A stretch of DNA of 64,000 bases from Squalus acanthias (Eukaryota), in assembly GCA_030390025.1 (NCBI GenBank), contig CM059429.1, positions 39,990,001-40,054,000 on the forward strand, read 5' to 3'. How positions within the stretch are numbered: position 1 is the first letter of the stretch; each line of letters opens with the position of its first letter. A program made the translations under genes and the position numbers. Shown in pieces: positions 37,479 through 49,151 of the stretch. The notes beneath the pieces were generated by a model. That model ran no database searches. It saw nothing but the letters and a program-made list of their open reading frames with translations, and was not told where the DNA came from.

Positions 37479-38520
37479 AGGAAGATGGTTGTGGTGGTTG
37501 AAGGTCAATCATCACAGCCCCAGGACATCGCTGCAGGAGTTCCTCGGGGCAGTGTTCTAGGCCCAACCATCTTCAGCTGCTTCATCAATGACCTTCCCTC
37601 CAACATAAATTCAGAAATGGGGATGTTCACTGATGACTGCACAGTGTTCAGCACCATTCACAACTCCTCAGATAATGAAGCGGCCCATGCCCGCATTCAA
37701 CAAGACCTGGACGACGTTCAGGCTTGGGCTAATGAGTGGCAGGTAACATTCGTTCCACACAAGTGCCAGGCAATGACTATCTCCAACAAGCGAGAGTCTA
37801 ACCACCTCCCCTTGACATTCAACGGCATTACCATCACCAAATCCCCCACCATCAACATCCTGAGGGTCACCATTGACCAGAAACTTAACTGGACCAGCCA
37901 CATAAATACTGTGGCTACAAGAGCAGGTCAGAGGCTAGGTATTCTGTGGCGAGTGTCTCACCTTCTGACTCCCCAACACCTTTCCACCATCTACAAGGCA
38001 CAAGTAAGGAGTGTCATGGAATACTCTCCACTTGCCTAGATGAGTGCAGCTCCAACAACACTCAAGAAGCTCGACACCATCCAGGACAAAGCAGCCCGCT
38101 TGATTGGTACCCCATCCACCACCTTAAACATTCACTCCCTCCACCACCGGCGTACCTTGGCTGCAGTGTGTACCAACAACAAGATGCACTGTAGCAACTC
38201 GCCAAGGCTTCTTCGGCAGCACCTCCCAAATCCACGACCTCTTCCACCTAGAAGGACAAGGGCAGCAGGCGCATGGGAACACCACCACCTCCAATTCCCC
38301 TCCAAGTCACACACCACCCTGACTTAGAAGTATATCGCCGATCCTTCATCATCGCTGGGTCAAAATCCTGGAACTCCCTACCTAACAGCACTGTGGGAGT
38401 ACCTTCACCACACGGACTGCAGCAGTTCAAGAAGGCGGCTCACCACCACCTTCTCAAGGGCATCTAGAGATGGGCAATAAATGCTGGCCTTGCCAGCGAT
38501 GCCCACATCCCATAAAAAAA
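37479..38520 (+). mobile_element. Zenon-like CR1-group LINE, 3' fragment (RT C-terminal half)
   Basis: AGVPRGSVLGPTIFSCFINDL, FTDD, IYKAQVRSVMEY; internal stop; A-rich tail. Confidence 0.92.
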
Positions 38521-39310
38521 CTAATAAAAAAATTAAATAAAACTACTTTAAAGTGATGCTGGTAGGAATCTGGTGCTAATTTCCCCTATCGAAATAATGG
38601 AATGTCATGTGAAATATGTTGATGTGTCAATGAAGACAACCTGTAAACAAGTGTAATGCAAGGTACACAAAGCCCCATTCGTGAAACCCGATGAAAGCAA
38701 CTTACAATTTTTTTTTCTATACAAGAACAGTGTCTGTACACACAACTAGCCATAATTTTATTACAAACCACATTGCTTGCCTGCCTGGTATTTCTAACCA
38801 TGTGATTTCCCCTTTGTTCCAGTGTATGAATATGTGCCTGTGCTTCTCCTTAAAAACTAGCTCAGTTGCAGGAGTGCATGAGGCAATTGGCTGCTATGTT
38901 GCAATAAGAGCTTTCTTTGACTGAAATGGCCTTCGTCTCAGGACAACTAAGTCCTGAGATGGACCTGCTGCAAACTGCAGCACTTGTGCTTCTGCATTGG
39001 TAGCATGGCCCTGCAATCTTTCTGTCACATATGCAAACACCAGAGAGAGCTGGTGCGAGGGCCCACTCTGAGAAGCAGCGCTATAATCTGTGTCCATACC
39101 TGCTAAGCAGTGGTACTGAGCAGTAGCTCAGCATGGCTAATGCTCTACAGGAAAGCAGACTTAAAGGTCCCAATGAGATCAGTAAAGCCCTGTGTGCTGC
39201 TTGCCTGCAACCCAGCCCCAAGCCTTTGGAGAAAGGAAGAGGCAACTGTAAGAACACTGGGAACTATACCCTAACAAGAATATTCATCAAGGGCAGCAGA
39301 TGAATCGTTA

Positions 39311-42300
39311 ACATAGATACATAGATACATAGAAGATAGGAGCAGGAGTAGGCCATCCGGCCCTTCGAGCCTGCTCCGCCATTTAATGAGATCATGGCTG
39401 ATCCTTCAATTCAGTATCCCGTCCCCGCCTTCTCTCCGTAACCCTTAACCCCTTTTGCCTGTAGAAATATATCTAATTCCCTCTTAAATATATTTAATGA
39501 GCTGGCGTACACTGCCCTCTGTGGCAATGAGTTCCACAGGTTCACCACTCTCTGAGTGAAGAAATTCCCCCTCATTTCTGTCCTAAATGGTTTAGCCCTT
39601 ATCCTTAAATTATGTCCTCTAGTTCTGTTCTCACCCGCCAAGGGAAACATTCCTTCTGCATCTAATCTGTCTAGACCTGTCAGAATTTTATACACTTCTA
39701 TGAGGTCCCCTCTCAATCTTCTAAACTCCAGTGTGTACATCCCTAAACTACATAGTCTCTCCTCATAGGTCAATCCCGCCATTCCTGGTATCAGCCTGGT
39801 GAATCGCCGCTGCACCCCCTCCATGGCAAGAACATCTTTCCTCAGATGAGGCGACCAAAACTGTACACAGTACTCGAGGTGTGGTCTCACCAGTGCCCTG
39901 TACAGCTGCAGCAAGGTATCCCTGTTCCTGTATTCCAACCCTTTTGCTATGAAGGCCAGCATACCGTTTGCCTTCTTGACCGCCTGTTGCACCTGCATGC
40001 TCGCCTTCAGTGACTGGTGTACAAGAACACCCAGGTCTCTCTGTACTTCCCCCTCTCCCAATTTATTGCCATTTAAATAATAATTTGCCCTCCCGTTCCT
40101 GCACCCAAGGTGGATAACTTCGCACTTGTCCACATTATAGTGCATCTGCCATTTATCCGCCCAATCACCCAGTCTGTCCAAATCGCTCTGGAGCTTCCTG
40201 GTCTCCTCCTCTGAGCCCACCCCCCCTCCTAGTTTAGTGTCGTCTGCAAATTTGGAAATGCTGCATTCGACTCCCTGATCCAGGTCATTAATATAAATTG
40301 TGAACAGCTGGGGACCCAGGACAGATCCCTGTGGTACCCCACTTGTTACTGCCTGCCATTCAGAAAATGAGCCGTTTATTCCAACTCTCTGTTTTCTATC
40401 TGACAGCCAGTTCTCTATCCACGTCAATACTTTCCCCTTTATCCCATGAGCTTCAATTTTCCATGCTAATCTTTTATGTGGGACCTTATCGAAGGCCTTT
40501 TGGAAGTCCAGGTACACCACATCTACTGGCTCTCCCCCATCTATTTTACCAGTTACTCCCTCAAAAAATTCCAATAGATTAGTCAAGCACGATTTACCCT
40601 TTGTAAATCCATGTTGACTCTGTCCTATCCTGTCCCCATTTGCTAAGTGCTCGGCTATTTCATCCTTAATGATGGACTCCAGCATTTTGCCCACAACTGA
40701 TGTAAGGCTTACAGGTCTGTAATTACCTGCTTTTTCCCTACCCCCCTTTTTGAATAGTGGGGTAACGTTAGCTACCCTCCAATCCATGGGCACTGTTCCC
40801 GAGTCTAATGAATTCTGAAAAATCATGCTTAGTGCATCCGCTATCTCTAGGGCCACCTCCTTCAGTACCCTAGGATGCATGTTATCAGGCCCTGGGGATT
40901 TGTCCGCCTTCAATCCCTTTAGCTTCCTTAACACCATATCCTTAGAGATATTGATTTGCGTCAGTTCCTCCTTTGCCAATGTCCCTATTTTTCCCGATAT
41001 CCCAGGGAGGTTTTTTGTGTCTTCCTTCGTAAAGACTGACCCAAAGTATGCATTTAGTTGGTCTGCCATTTCCTTATTTCCCATTATATATTCCCCCGTA
41101 TCTGACTGCAATGGACCAACTTTGGTTTTCACCAGTCTTTTCCTCTTGATATACTTATAAAAGCTTTTGGAGTTAGTTTTTATATTTTCCGCCAGCTTGC
41201 TTTCGTAAGCTATTTTGCCCTTCTTGATTAAGCCCTTTGCCCTCCTTTGCTCTATCTTAAACTGTTCCCAATCTTCCGCTCTGGCGCGTTTTTTGGCTAT
41301 TTTATACGCCCTATCTTTGGATTTTATGCTGTCTCTAATTTCCCCTGTTATCCACGGTTGAGTCACCTTTTTAGATTTCCTTTTATGCCAGATTGGTATA
41401 AACAATTTTTGCAATTTTGTCATTCTATCTTTAAATGCTTGCCATTGTTTATCTACCTCCAGTCCTCCCAGGAACGTTGTCCAATCAGACCTACTCAGTT
41501 CCCGTCTAATGGCATCATAATTCCCCTTGTTTAAATTCAGGACCTGAGTCTCTGAGTCAATTTCTTCGCTCTCCATTTCGAGTGAGAAATCGATCATGTT
41601 ATGATCGCTCTGACCCAAGGGTCCCCGTACAACAAGATTACTAATTAGTCCCTTCTCATTGCACAGTACCCAGTCCAATATAGCCTGTTCCCGAGTTGGT
41701 TCCTCGACATATTGATCCAGATAACCATCCCTTAAACACTCAAGGAATTCCTCCTCCTCATTATTTTTACTGATTAGGCTAGTCCAATCTATATGTAAGT
41801 TAAAGTCACCTATGATGACAGCTGTGCTCTTATTGCACGCTTCTCTAATTTCCCTCGTGATGCCCTCCCCAACCTCTATTTTACTATTTGGAGGCCTATA
41901 TACCACTCCTATTAATGTTTTTCGCCCCTCGCTATTTCTTAGCTCCACCCATATAGATTCTGTATTAACTGAGTTAATATCCTTCCTTTCAATTGCATTT
42001 ATCCCCTCTTTTACCAGCAATGCTACCCCTCCTCCCTTTCTTTTTTGTCGATCCTTCCTAAATACTGAATACCCCTGTATGTTAAGCTCCCAGCCCTGCT
42101 CACCCTGCAACCATGTTTCCGTAATCCCAATTAGATCATAATTATTAACCTCTATTTCCACAGCTAATTCATCTACCTTGTTCCTGATGCTTCTCGCATT
42201 AAGGTATAAAACCCTCAGGCTTTTTTTATGCTCACATTTTTTATGAATTAGTTTGGCCCTTTGTTTTTTGTTCCTCTCCTTTTTACCATTTATTTCTGTC

Positions 42301-42519
42301 TGCCTTTCACTTTCCTCTATTTCACTACATGGGTTTCTAGCCCCCTGCCATACTAGTTTAAATGCTCCCGAACTGCTTTATCAAAATTTACCCCGAGAAC
42401 ATCAGTTCCATCTTTGCACAGGTGTAGACCGTCCCTTTTGTATAGGTCACACCTACCACAAAACTGGTCCCAATGCCTCAAAAATTTAAAACCCTCCCTC
42501 TTACACCACTGCTCAAGCC
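39311..42519 (-). mobile_element. Young CR1 (HER1-like) LINE, 5'-truncated within ORF1
   Basis: ORF1 C-terminus LEQWCKREGFKFLRHWDQF...DGLHL...HLN* (SGNH esterase DxxH), uninterrupted ORF2, 3' UTR and (TATCTATG)n tail. Confidence 0.97.
39411..42362 (-). CDS. CR1 ORF2: AP endonuclease plus reverse transcriptase (frame stays open 67 codons upstream of the annotated GTG; no initiating ATG)
   Basis: YLNARS, GITETW, YRPP, GDFN and SDH (APE); [25 protein letters not shown] and FADD (RT); no stops across 42362-39414. Confidence 0.93.
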   Translation of the reverse strand, partial: FKLVWQGARNPCSEIEESERQTEINGKKERNKKQRAKLIHKKCEHKKSLRVLYLNARSIRNKVDELAVEIEVNNYDLIGITETWLQGEQGWELNIQGYSVFRKDRQKRKGGGVALLVKEGINAIERKDINSVNTESIWVELRNSEGRKTLIGVVYRPPNSKIEVGEGITREIREACNKSTAVIIGDFNLHIDWTSLISKNNEEEEFLECLRDGYLDQYVEEPTREQAILDWVLCNEKGLISNLVVRGPLGQSDHNMIDFSLEMESEEIDSETQVLNLNKGNYDAIRRELSRSDWTTFLGGLEVDKQWQAFKDRMTKLQKLFIPIWHKRKSKKVTQPWITGEIRDSIKSKDRAYKIAKKRARAEDWEQFKIEQRRAKGLIKKGKIAYESKLAENIKTNSKSFYKYIKRKRLVKTKVGPLQSDTGEYIMGNKEMADQLNAYFGSVFTKEDTKNLPGISGKIGTLAKEELTQINISKDMVLRKLKGLKADKSPGPDNMHPRVLKEVALEIADALSMIFQNSLDSGTVPMDWRVANVTPLFKKGGREKAGNYRPVSLTSVVGKMLESIIKDEIAEHLANGDRIGQSQHGFTKGKSCLTNLLEFFEGVTGKIDGGEPVDVVYLDFQKAFDKVPHKRLAWKIEAHGIKGKVLTWIENWLSDRKQRVGINGSFSEWQAVTSGVPQGSVLGPQLFTIYINDLDQGVECSISKFADDTKLGGGVGSEEETRKLQSDLDRLGDWADKWQMHYNVDKCEVIHLGCRNGRANYYLNGNKLGEGEVQRDLGVLVHQSLKASMQVQQAVKKANGMLAFIAKGLEYRNRDTLLQLYRALVRPHLEYCVQFWSPHLRKDVLAMEGVQRRFTRLIPGMAGLTYEERLCSLGMYTLEFRRLRGDLIEVYKILTGLDRLDAEGMFPLAGENRTRGHNLRIRAKPFRTEMRGNFFTQRVVNLWNSLPQRAVYASSLNIFKRELDIFLQAKGVKGYGEKAGTGY

Positions 42520-43316
42520 TTTTACCTTAACTCCTCATCAAGCAAACATCTGTCTAGGAGTTAATGATGCCTAAATGTGGCTTGTGGAACTGTCCTACAT
42601 CAACTGGTTTGGAGTGTATTTGCGTTTACACTACCAACCTCCCATCAGGATATGCACAAGCTATTCAATGAATTAATTAATCCTTTCTTGCCAATTATCA
42701 AAGGAGTCAGACAACAAAGGCATGAACTAACAATTGTTTATTAATCTTAGAATCATAGTTAGCAGCACTGAAACGTAAACATTGAGTGCGCAAATAATTA
42801 GTAGGTAGGGTTAATTGGCAAAAGAAAAAATAACACATGTTATAAAGGCAGTTTGGTTATGTCACTGTAATTCAGCTTGGGAGGGATAGTCTTACTGATG
42901 AATTGTGGTGTGAAGTGTTGGCAAGACCAGATGTATTGGGCAATGCTAGAGGAGAAAGAGAGGTTACGATAGTTTCCTGATGAACAGAGTTCACATGTTA
43001 CTCATAATGGGCGACACTGGAGGGTTTCTTGATGTAGTTTGCTATGTGCAACAGGGTGAGAAGGAGGAGAAGCAGAAGTTCATCATTAACCTACAGTTGC
43101 CACAAATCTTCCTACCTCCACATCTCTAACACATTCTGACATCGCTTCCCATGATTTAAAGAGCTTCTTCCTCATACTGGTTAAGATGTCACAGATTTAG
43201 GGGTTGCTGCTTATCACAGTTCTTTAGCTCGGGTTATGGGCAAACTTAACTTTGGTCACTGTGATATGCAGTAAAACACAGTAGTTAGCATGTAGCCCAT
43301 AATTAGTGTTATAATG

Positions 43317-43690
43317 AAAAAAGACTTGCATTTGTATAGCGCCTTTCACAACCTCAGGATGTTTCAAAGAGATTTACATCCAATGAAGTACTTTTTTGAA
43401 GTGTAGTCACTCTTGTACTGTCGGAAACGCGGCAGCCAATTTGTGCTCAGCAAGGTCCCACAAACAGCAATGTGATAATGATCAGATTATCTATTTTAGT
43501 GATGTTGGTTGAGTGATAAATATTGGGCAGGACACCAGGGAGAATGCCTCTGCTCTTCTTCGAAGTAGTGCCATGAGATCATTTACGTCCACACTGTACT
43601 GCACAGGAGTGTCAGCATAGATTTTGTGCTCAAGTCTCTGAAGTGGGACTTGAACCCGCAACCTTCTGACATGATAGATGAATGCACCAA
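43317..43690 (-). mobile_element. Deu-domain SINE with an internal deletion
   Basis: Homologous to 1247-1708; lacks the segment between gtccac and gtactgcac. Confidence 0.85.
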
Positions 43691-43739
43691 GTAATTACTT
43701 TCCTTGCAAGGTTTTTTGTGACTTGAATGCAGGTAAGGA

Positions 43740-46700
43740 TATAAGAACATAAGAAATAGGAGCAGGAATAGGCCACTTGGCCCCTCGAGCCTGCTCCGCC
43801 ATTCAATAAGATCATGGCTGATCTTGGACTCAAACCCACTTCCCTGCCTGCTTCCCATAACCCTTCACTCCCTTATCTTGCAAAAATGTGTCTATCTCCA
43901 CCTTAAATATATTTAATGACCCAGCCTCCACAGCTCTCTGGGGCAGAGAATTCCACAGATTTACGACCCTCTGAGAGAAGAAATTCCTCCTCATCTCAGT
44001 TCTAAAAGGGCGACCCTTTATTCTAAAACTGTGCCCCTGCATTCTAGATTTCCCCACGAGGGGAAACATCCTCTCTGCATCTACCTTGTCAAGCCCCCTC
44101 AGTATCTTATATGTTTCAATAAGATCACCTCTCATTCTTCTAAATTCCAATGAGTATAGGCCCAGTCTGCTCAACCTTTCCTCATAAGTCAACACCCTCA
44201 TCTCTGGAATTAACCTAGTGAATCGTCTCTGAACTGCCTCCAATGCAAGTATATCCTTCCTTAAATAAGGAGACCAAAACTGTACACAGTACTCAAGGTG
44301 TGTTCTCACCAATACCCTGTACAGTTGTAGCAGGACTTCCCTGCTTTTATACTCCAACCCCTTGAAATAAAGGCCAACATTCCATTTGCCTTTTTGATTA
44401 CTTGCTGTACCTGCATGCTAACTTTTTGTGTTTCATGCACAAGGACCCCCAGGTCCCTCTGAACTGTAGCATTTTGTAATCTCTCTCCATTTAAATAATA
44501 ATTTGCTTGTTATTTTTCCTGTCAAAGTGTATAACCTCGCACTTTCCCACATTATACTCCATCTGCCAAATGTTTGCCCACTCACTTAGCCTGTCTATAT
44601 CCCTTTGCAGATTTTATTAGTCCTCTGCACAACTTGCTTTCCCACCCATCTTTGTATCATCCGCAAACTTGGCTACATTACACTCGGTCCCTTCATCCAA
44701 GTCATTAATGTAGATTGTAAATAGTTGAGGCCCCAGCACCGATCCCTGTGGCACCCCACTAGTTACCGTTTGCCAACCGGAAAATGGCCCATTTATCCCG
44801 ACTCTCTGCTTACTGTTAGTTAGCCAATTCTCTATCCATGCTAATATATTACCCCCAATTCCGTGAGCTCTTATCTTATGCAGTAACCTTTTATGTGGCA
44901 CCTTATCAAATGCCTTCTGGAAATCCAAATACACCACATCCACTGGTTCACCTTTGTCCACCCTGCTCGTTACCTCCTCAAAGAACTCCAGCAAGTTTGT
45001 TCAACATGATTTCCCTTTCATAAAACCATGCTGACTCTGCTTGACTGCATTATGATTTTCCAAATGCCCTGCTACTGCTTCTTTAATGAAGGACTCCAGC
45101 ATTTTCCCAATGACAGATATTAGGTTAACTGGTCTATAGTTTCCTGCTTTCTGTCTCCCTCCTTTCTTAAATAGGGGTGTTACTTTTGCGGTTTTCTAAT
45201 CCGCTGGGACCTCTCCAGAGTACAGGGAATTTTGGTATATTGCAACCAATGCATCCACTATCTCTGCAGCCACTTCTTTTAAGACCCTGGGATGCAGGCC
45301 ATCTGGTCATGGGGACTTGTCATCTTTTAGTCTCATTATTTTACCAAGTACTATTTCCTTAGTGATTGTGATTGTCTTTAGTTCCCCCCTCCCTGTGGCC
45401 CCTTGCTTATCCATTATTGGGAATGTTGTTAGTGTCTTCTACCTGAAGACAGATACAAAATATTTGTTCAGAGTCTCTGCCATTTCTCCGTTCCACATTA
45501 TTAATTCCCCAGTCTCATCCTCTAAGGGACCAATGTTTACTTTAGCTACCCTCTTCCTTTTTATATACCTGTAGAAGCTCTTACTATCTGTTTTAATGTT
45601 TCTTGCCAGTTTACTCTCATAATTCATCTTCTCTCTCTTTATTATTTTTTCAGTCATCCTTTGCTGGTTTTTAAAAATTTCCCAATCCTTGGTCTCCCAC
45701 CAATCTTGGCAACATTGTATGCCTTCGTTTTCAATTTGATACCATCCTTTACTTCCTTAGTTAGCCACGGATGGTGCTCCCTTCTCTTAAAATCTTTCTT
45801 TCTCACTGGAATATATTTTTGTTGAGAGTTATGAAATATCTACTTAAATGTCCACCACTGCATTTCAACTATCTTACCCTTTAATTTATTTTTGCAGTCC
45901 ACTTTAGCCAGTTCTGCCCTCATGCCACTGTAATTGCCTTTGTTTAAGATCAGGACGCTGGCTTGAGATACAACTTTCTCACTCTCCAACTGAATTTGAA
46001 ATTCAACCATGCTATGATCACTCTTTCCTAGAGGATCCTTTACTATGAGATCATTTATTAATTCTGTCTCATTACATAGTACCAGATCCAAGATAGCCTG
46101 CTCCCTGGTTGGTTCCATTACATACTGTTCTAGGAAACCATCCCGGATACACTCTATGAACTCCTCCTCAAAGCTACCATAGCCAATTTGATTTGTCCAA
46201 TCAATATGGAGATTAAAATCACCCAAGAGTATTACCGTACCTTTTTTACAGGCCTCCATTATTTGTTGATTTATACTCTGTCCAACAGTATTGCTACTGT
46301 TTGGGGGCCTGTAGACTACGCCCACCAGAGACTTTTTCCCTTTACTATTTTTTATCTCCACCCAAACCGATTCTACATCTTGATCTTCTGAGCCAATATC
46401 ACTTCTCACCACTGCACTGATCACATCCTTTACCAACAAAGCCAACCCACCTCCCTTTCCTTTCTGTCTATCCTTCCGAATTGTCAAATATCCTGGAATA
46501 TTCAGTTCCCAGCCCTGATCACCTTGCAATCACGTCTCTGTAATGGCGATCAGATCAGACCCATTTGTATCTATTTGTGCTGTCAACTCATCTATCTTGT
46601 TACGAATGCTGTGTGCATTCAGATATAGAGCTTTTAACTTTGTCTTTTTACCATTTCTCCTTGGTTTGGCCCCATTTTCTGTTGCACTCTTATTTTTAAA

Positions 46701-46980
46701 CCTTCTGTCCCTTCCTGTCACACTCTGGTTATTATTTCCCCCATCTCTATCCTGCTCTATTGATTTCTCTTTGCCTTTTTAAATTCCCGCTCACCTGGAT
46801 CCTCCCCCCCACTATTTAGTTTAAAGCCCTCTCTACAGCCCTAGTTATTCAATTCGCCAGGACTCTAGCCCCAGCATGGTTCAAGTGAAGCCCGTCCAAA
46901 CGGAACAGCTCCCTCTTATCCCAGTACTGGTGCCAGTGCCTCACAAATCGAAACCCATTTCTCCCACACCAGTCTTTGAG
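43740..46980 (-). mobile_element. CR1 LINE (second subfamily), ORF2 disrupted, 5'-truncated within ORF1
   Basis: Fragmented ORFs 46530-46721, 45840-46529, 45439-45657, 44617-44994 and 43830-44357 carry APE/RT motifs; ORF1 end LKDWCGRNGFRF...DGLHLN...ALN*. Confidence 0.96.
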
Positions 46981-47899
46981 GAAACACCTTCAGGTGAAGG
47001 CAAGGGGTATCAAGGGCAAAATGCTGCCTCATGGGCATTAATGAGAGGCAATTAAAATACTTGAACATAGTGAGGTAACTATTCATCTTCACCGCATGGG
47101 CAGTAATCTGTCGGAGCGGCCCGACTTTCATCCCATTGATTTAGAGATATTTTTAGGTTGCTCTGGTCATAGCCCAGAACAACCCAAAAATGTTAATTGA
47201 TAGCAGGTAAGTTCCTCTTATTTTTCACCAGCATGATCTTTGGGCCTCAGGGCCCTCTGCTTGCACCTCTCCAGATCCTGAGACAGGTAACCAGGAGAGC
47301 AACAATGGGCTCCTTAGGCCATGTTAATGGCCCGATGCTCAAAATTTAGGCAATCTGTGACTTTCACAACAAGGACTTCCATTTATATAGCACCTTCAGT
47401 AAAAGTCCCAAGATGGTTACAGGTGCAATGCACATTGGTAATGCTGTGCCTGTCTGGTGCTTAGTGTGAGGAGGGCAGGTAGAGCAACATCAACCATCAC
47501 AAATCTTCATTCTTGAATTTTAAAGTGATCTTCAAAAAGTTACTGCAGTTAAAAGAGATGTCTCAGCTTTTAAAAATCTAACCATCAGCGAACCTTTTAA
47601 AATCAGTTGCAAGTTTTTTTTTTCTTTTTACAGACCATTTGTGTTATTTTTTTTTTGTGTTTCAACAGTGAGGAGCAATGAGAGCATCAGAGGAATTTGC
47701 TGGGAGGAGATTCTAAAATCAGCAGTGCAGGGAGTTCAATTAAAGGAATTTGCCAGGTTAAGACTTACAATAACCTTATCTTTGAGTAGTCATGTAGAAA
47801 AGTCACTCTGCCCATTGCAAATTTAAATTTTTTTTTAACAAATCTGTTTAAAATTTACCAGCCACCATTCCCCAAAAGTTCACCAGGCTTATCCAATAA

Positions 47900-48232
47900 G
47901 TAGGTGAGCTGCATAGACTGGCTAGATCCCCAGTGGTTAATCTCAGCTGGGGTAGCAGTAAGGGTGTTGCAATTCATGATAGGGTCCATGGATTAGGAAG
48001 ACAAAAATCAACCTGGAGCCCGCTTCTTGATTTCTATCCTGCGACCGCTGTTTGAAGTGGTTATGTGTCGACATTGGGTGATGGTAGGATAGCACTCAAT
48101 TGTGAACTCCCCCATGACAAAATAGCCAGCCAATATTCACTGTCCAGTTCACAAATGAATAATGGCCACTTGGGCAAGTTTCCAGAAGGTGACGAGTACC
48201 TGGAGTACCACAAAGTTCAGTAAGGAATCACT
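47900..48232 (+). mobile_element. Old SINE-like repeat (second copy of the 1072-1810 family)
   Basis: Diverged homology to 1072-1246 and 1709-1790. Confidence 0.5.
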
Positions 48233-48403
48233 GGAGATGAAATTGGTCTTTGCCAGTAGTGCAAAATGAGCTCACAGTGAATCAACGGCTTGCTTTACAT
48301 CAAGCCCGATTTTCTTTCTTATTAACTAATCGGATGCGGGCTAATACGGGCTGCCATTCTGCTATGAGCCCGTTTTGCGCTATTGGCAGAGACCAACATC
48401 TCC
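48233..48403. mobile_element. Palindromic MITE
   Basis: TTGGTCTTTGCCAGTAGTGCAAAATGAGCTCACAG pairs with CTATGAGCCCGTTTTGCGCTATTGGCAGAGACCAA. Confidence 0.75.
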
Positions 48404-48644
48404 TTCAATACCTTCAGGTGAGCAGGGGAGTGCAGACATTTAGTGAGGTTCAAAAAAATCTACCAGCATCTTAATGAGATCACGTTTTTCTACTGCTTCC
48501 GAGGCCCAATGGTAGAAAGTTACATTCTCTGCTTGACTTTAGTTTCTAAACTCTGCTGCTCTAGTGTAAGTCATTAGCAGCAGGTAATAAGGCTGCTTTT
48601 GTAAAGGGTTATGTAAGATCATAATTATATGCATTAATGAACAA

Positions 48645-49151
48645 GCCTAGAATTTCCGTTAATTTGCGAAGGTTTTTTTAGCGCAATTCACCTGAAATCG
48701 GCCAAACCAGTGTAAAAGATTGTGGAATTTTAAGCGCAAGTTATGTCGAGCGTAAATCGAGTTTCTGCGATCTTTAACGCTTGTTCAAAAAAAAATAGCA
48801 CTGGAAGCCAGCCCCGCCCACAAAACTGGCCACGCCCCCAAATCAAAATAATGAGCATGGCGAGTTTTCGCCAATTGCACACGTTTGTGACATTCGAGGA
48901 GGCTCTTCAAATTCAGCTGTTTTCTTTAGGCGCAAAGGCACTAGTAGGCATATTTTAACAGTTTTTAAATATTAATTTACGAAGAAACTGACTAGTGTAA
49001 ACCAATGAAGCTAGTAAATGGTTCAATACAGTTCTTTTTAAAGTCATTTTCAGTGATTTAAAATCAGTTTATTCACAGGTGGTGGACTAGACAATTTCAA
49101 GCGCAATTTGTGCCCAGATTGCCAATTGCACCCAAAGCGGAAACTCTACCC
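48645..49151. mobile_element. Harbinger-type MITE
   Basis: Termini GCCTAGAATTTCCG / CGGAAACTCTACCC; CAA TSD; repeated GCGCAA motifs. Confidence 0.7.
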
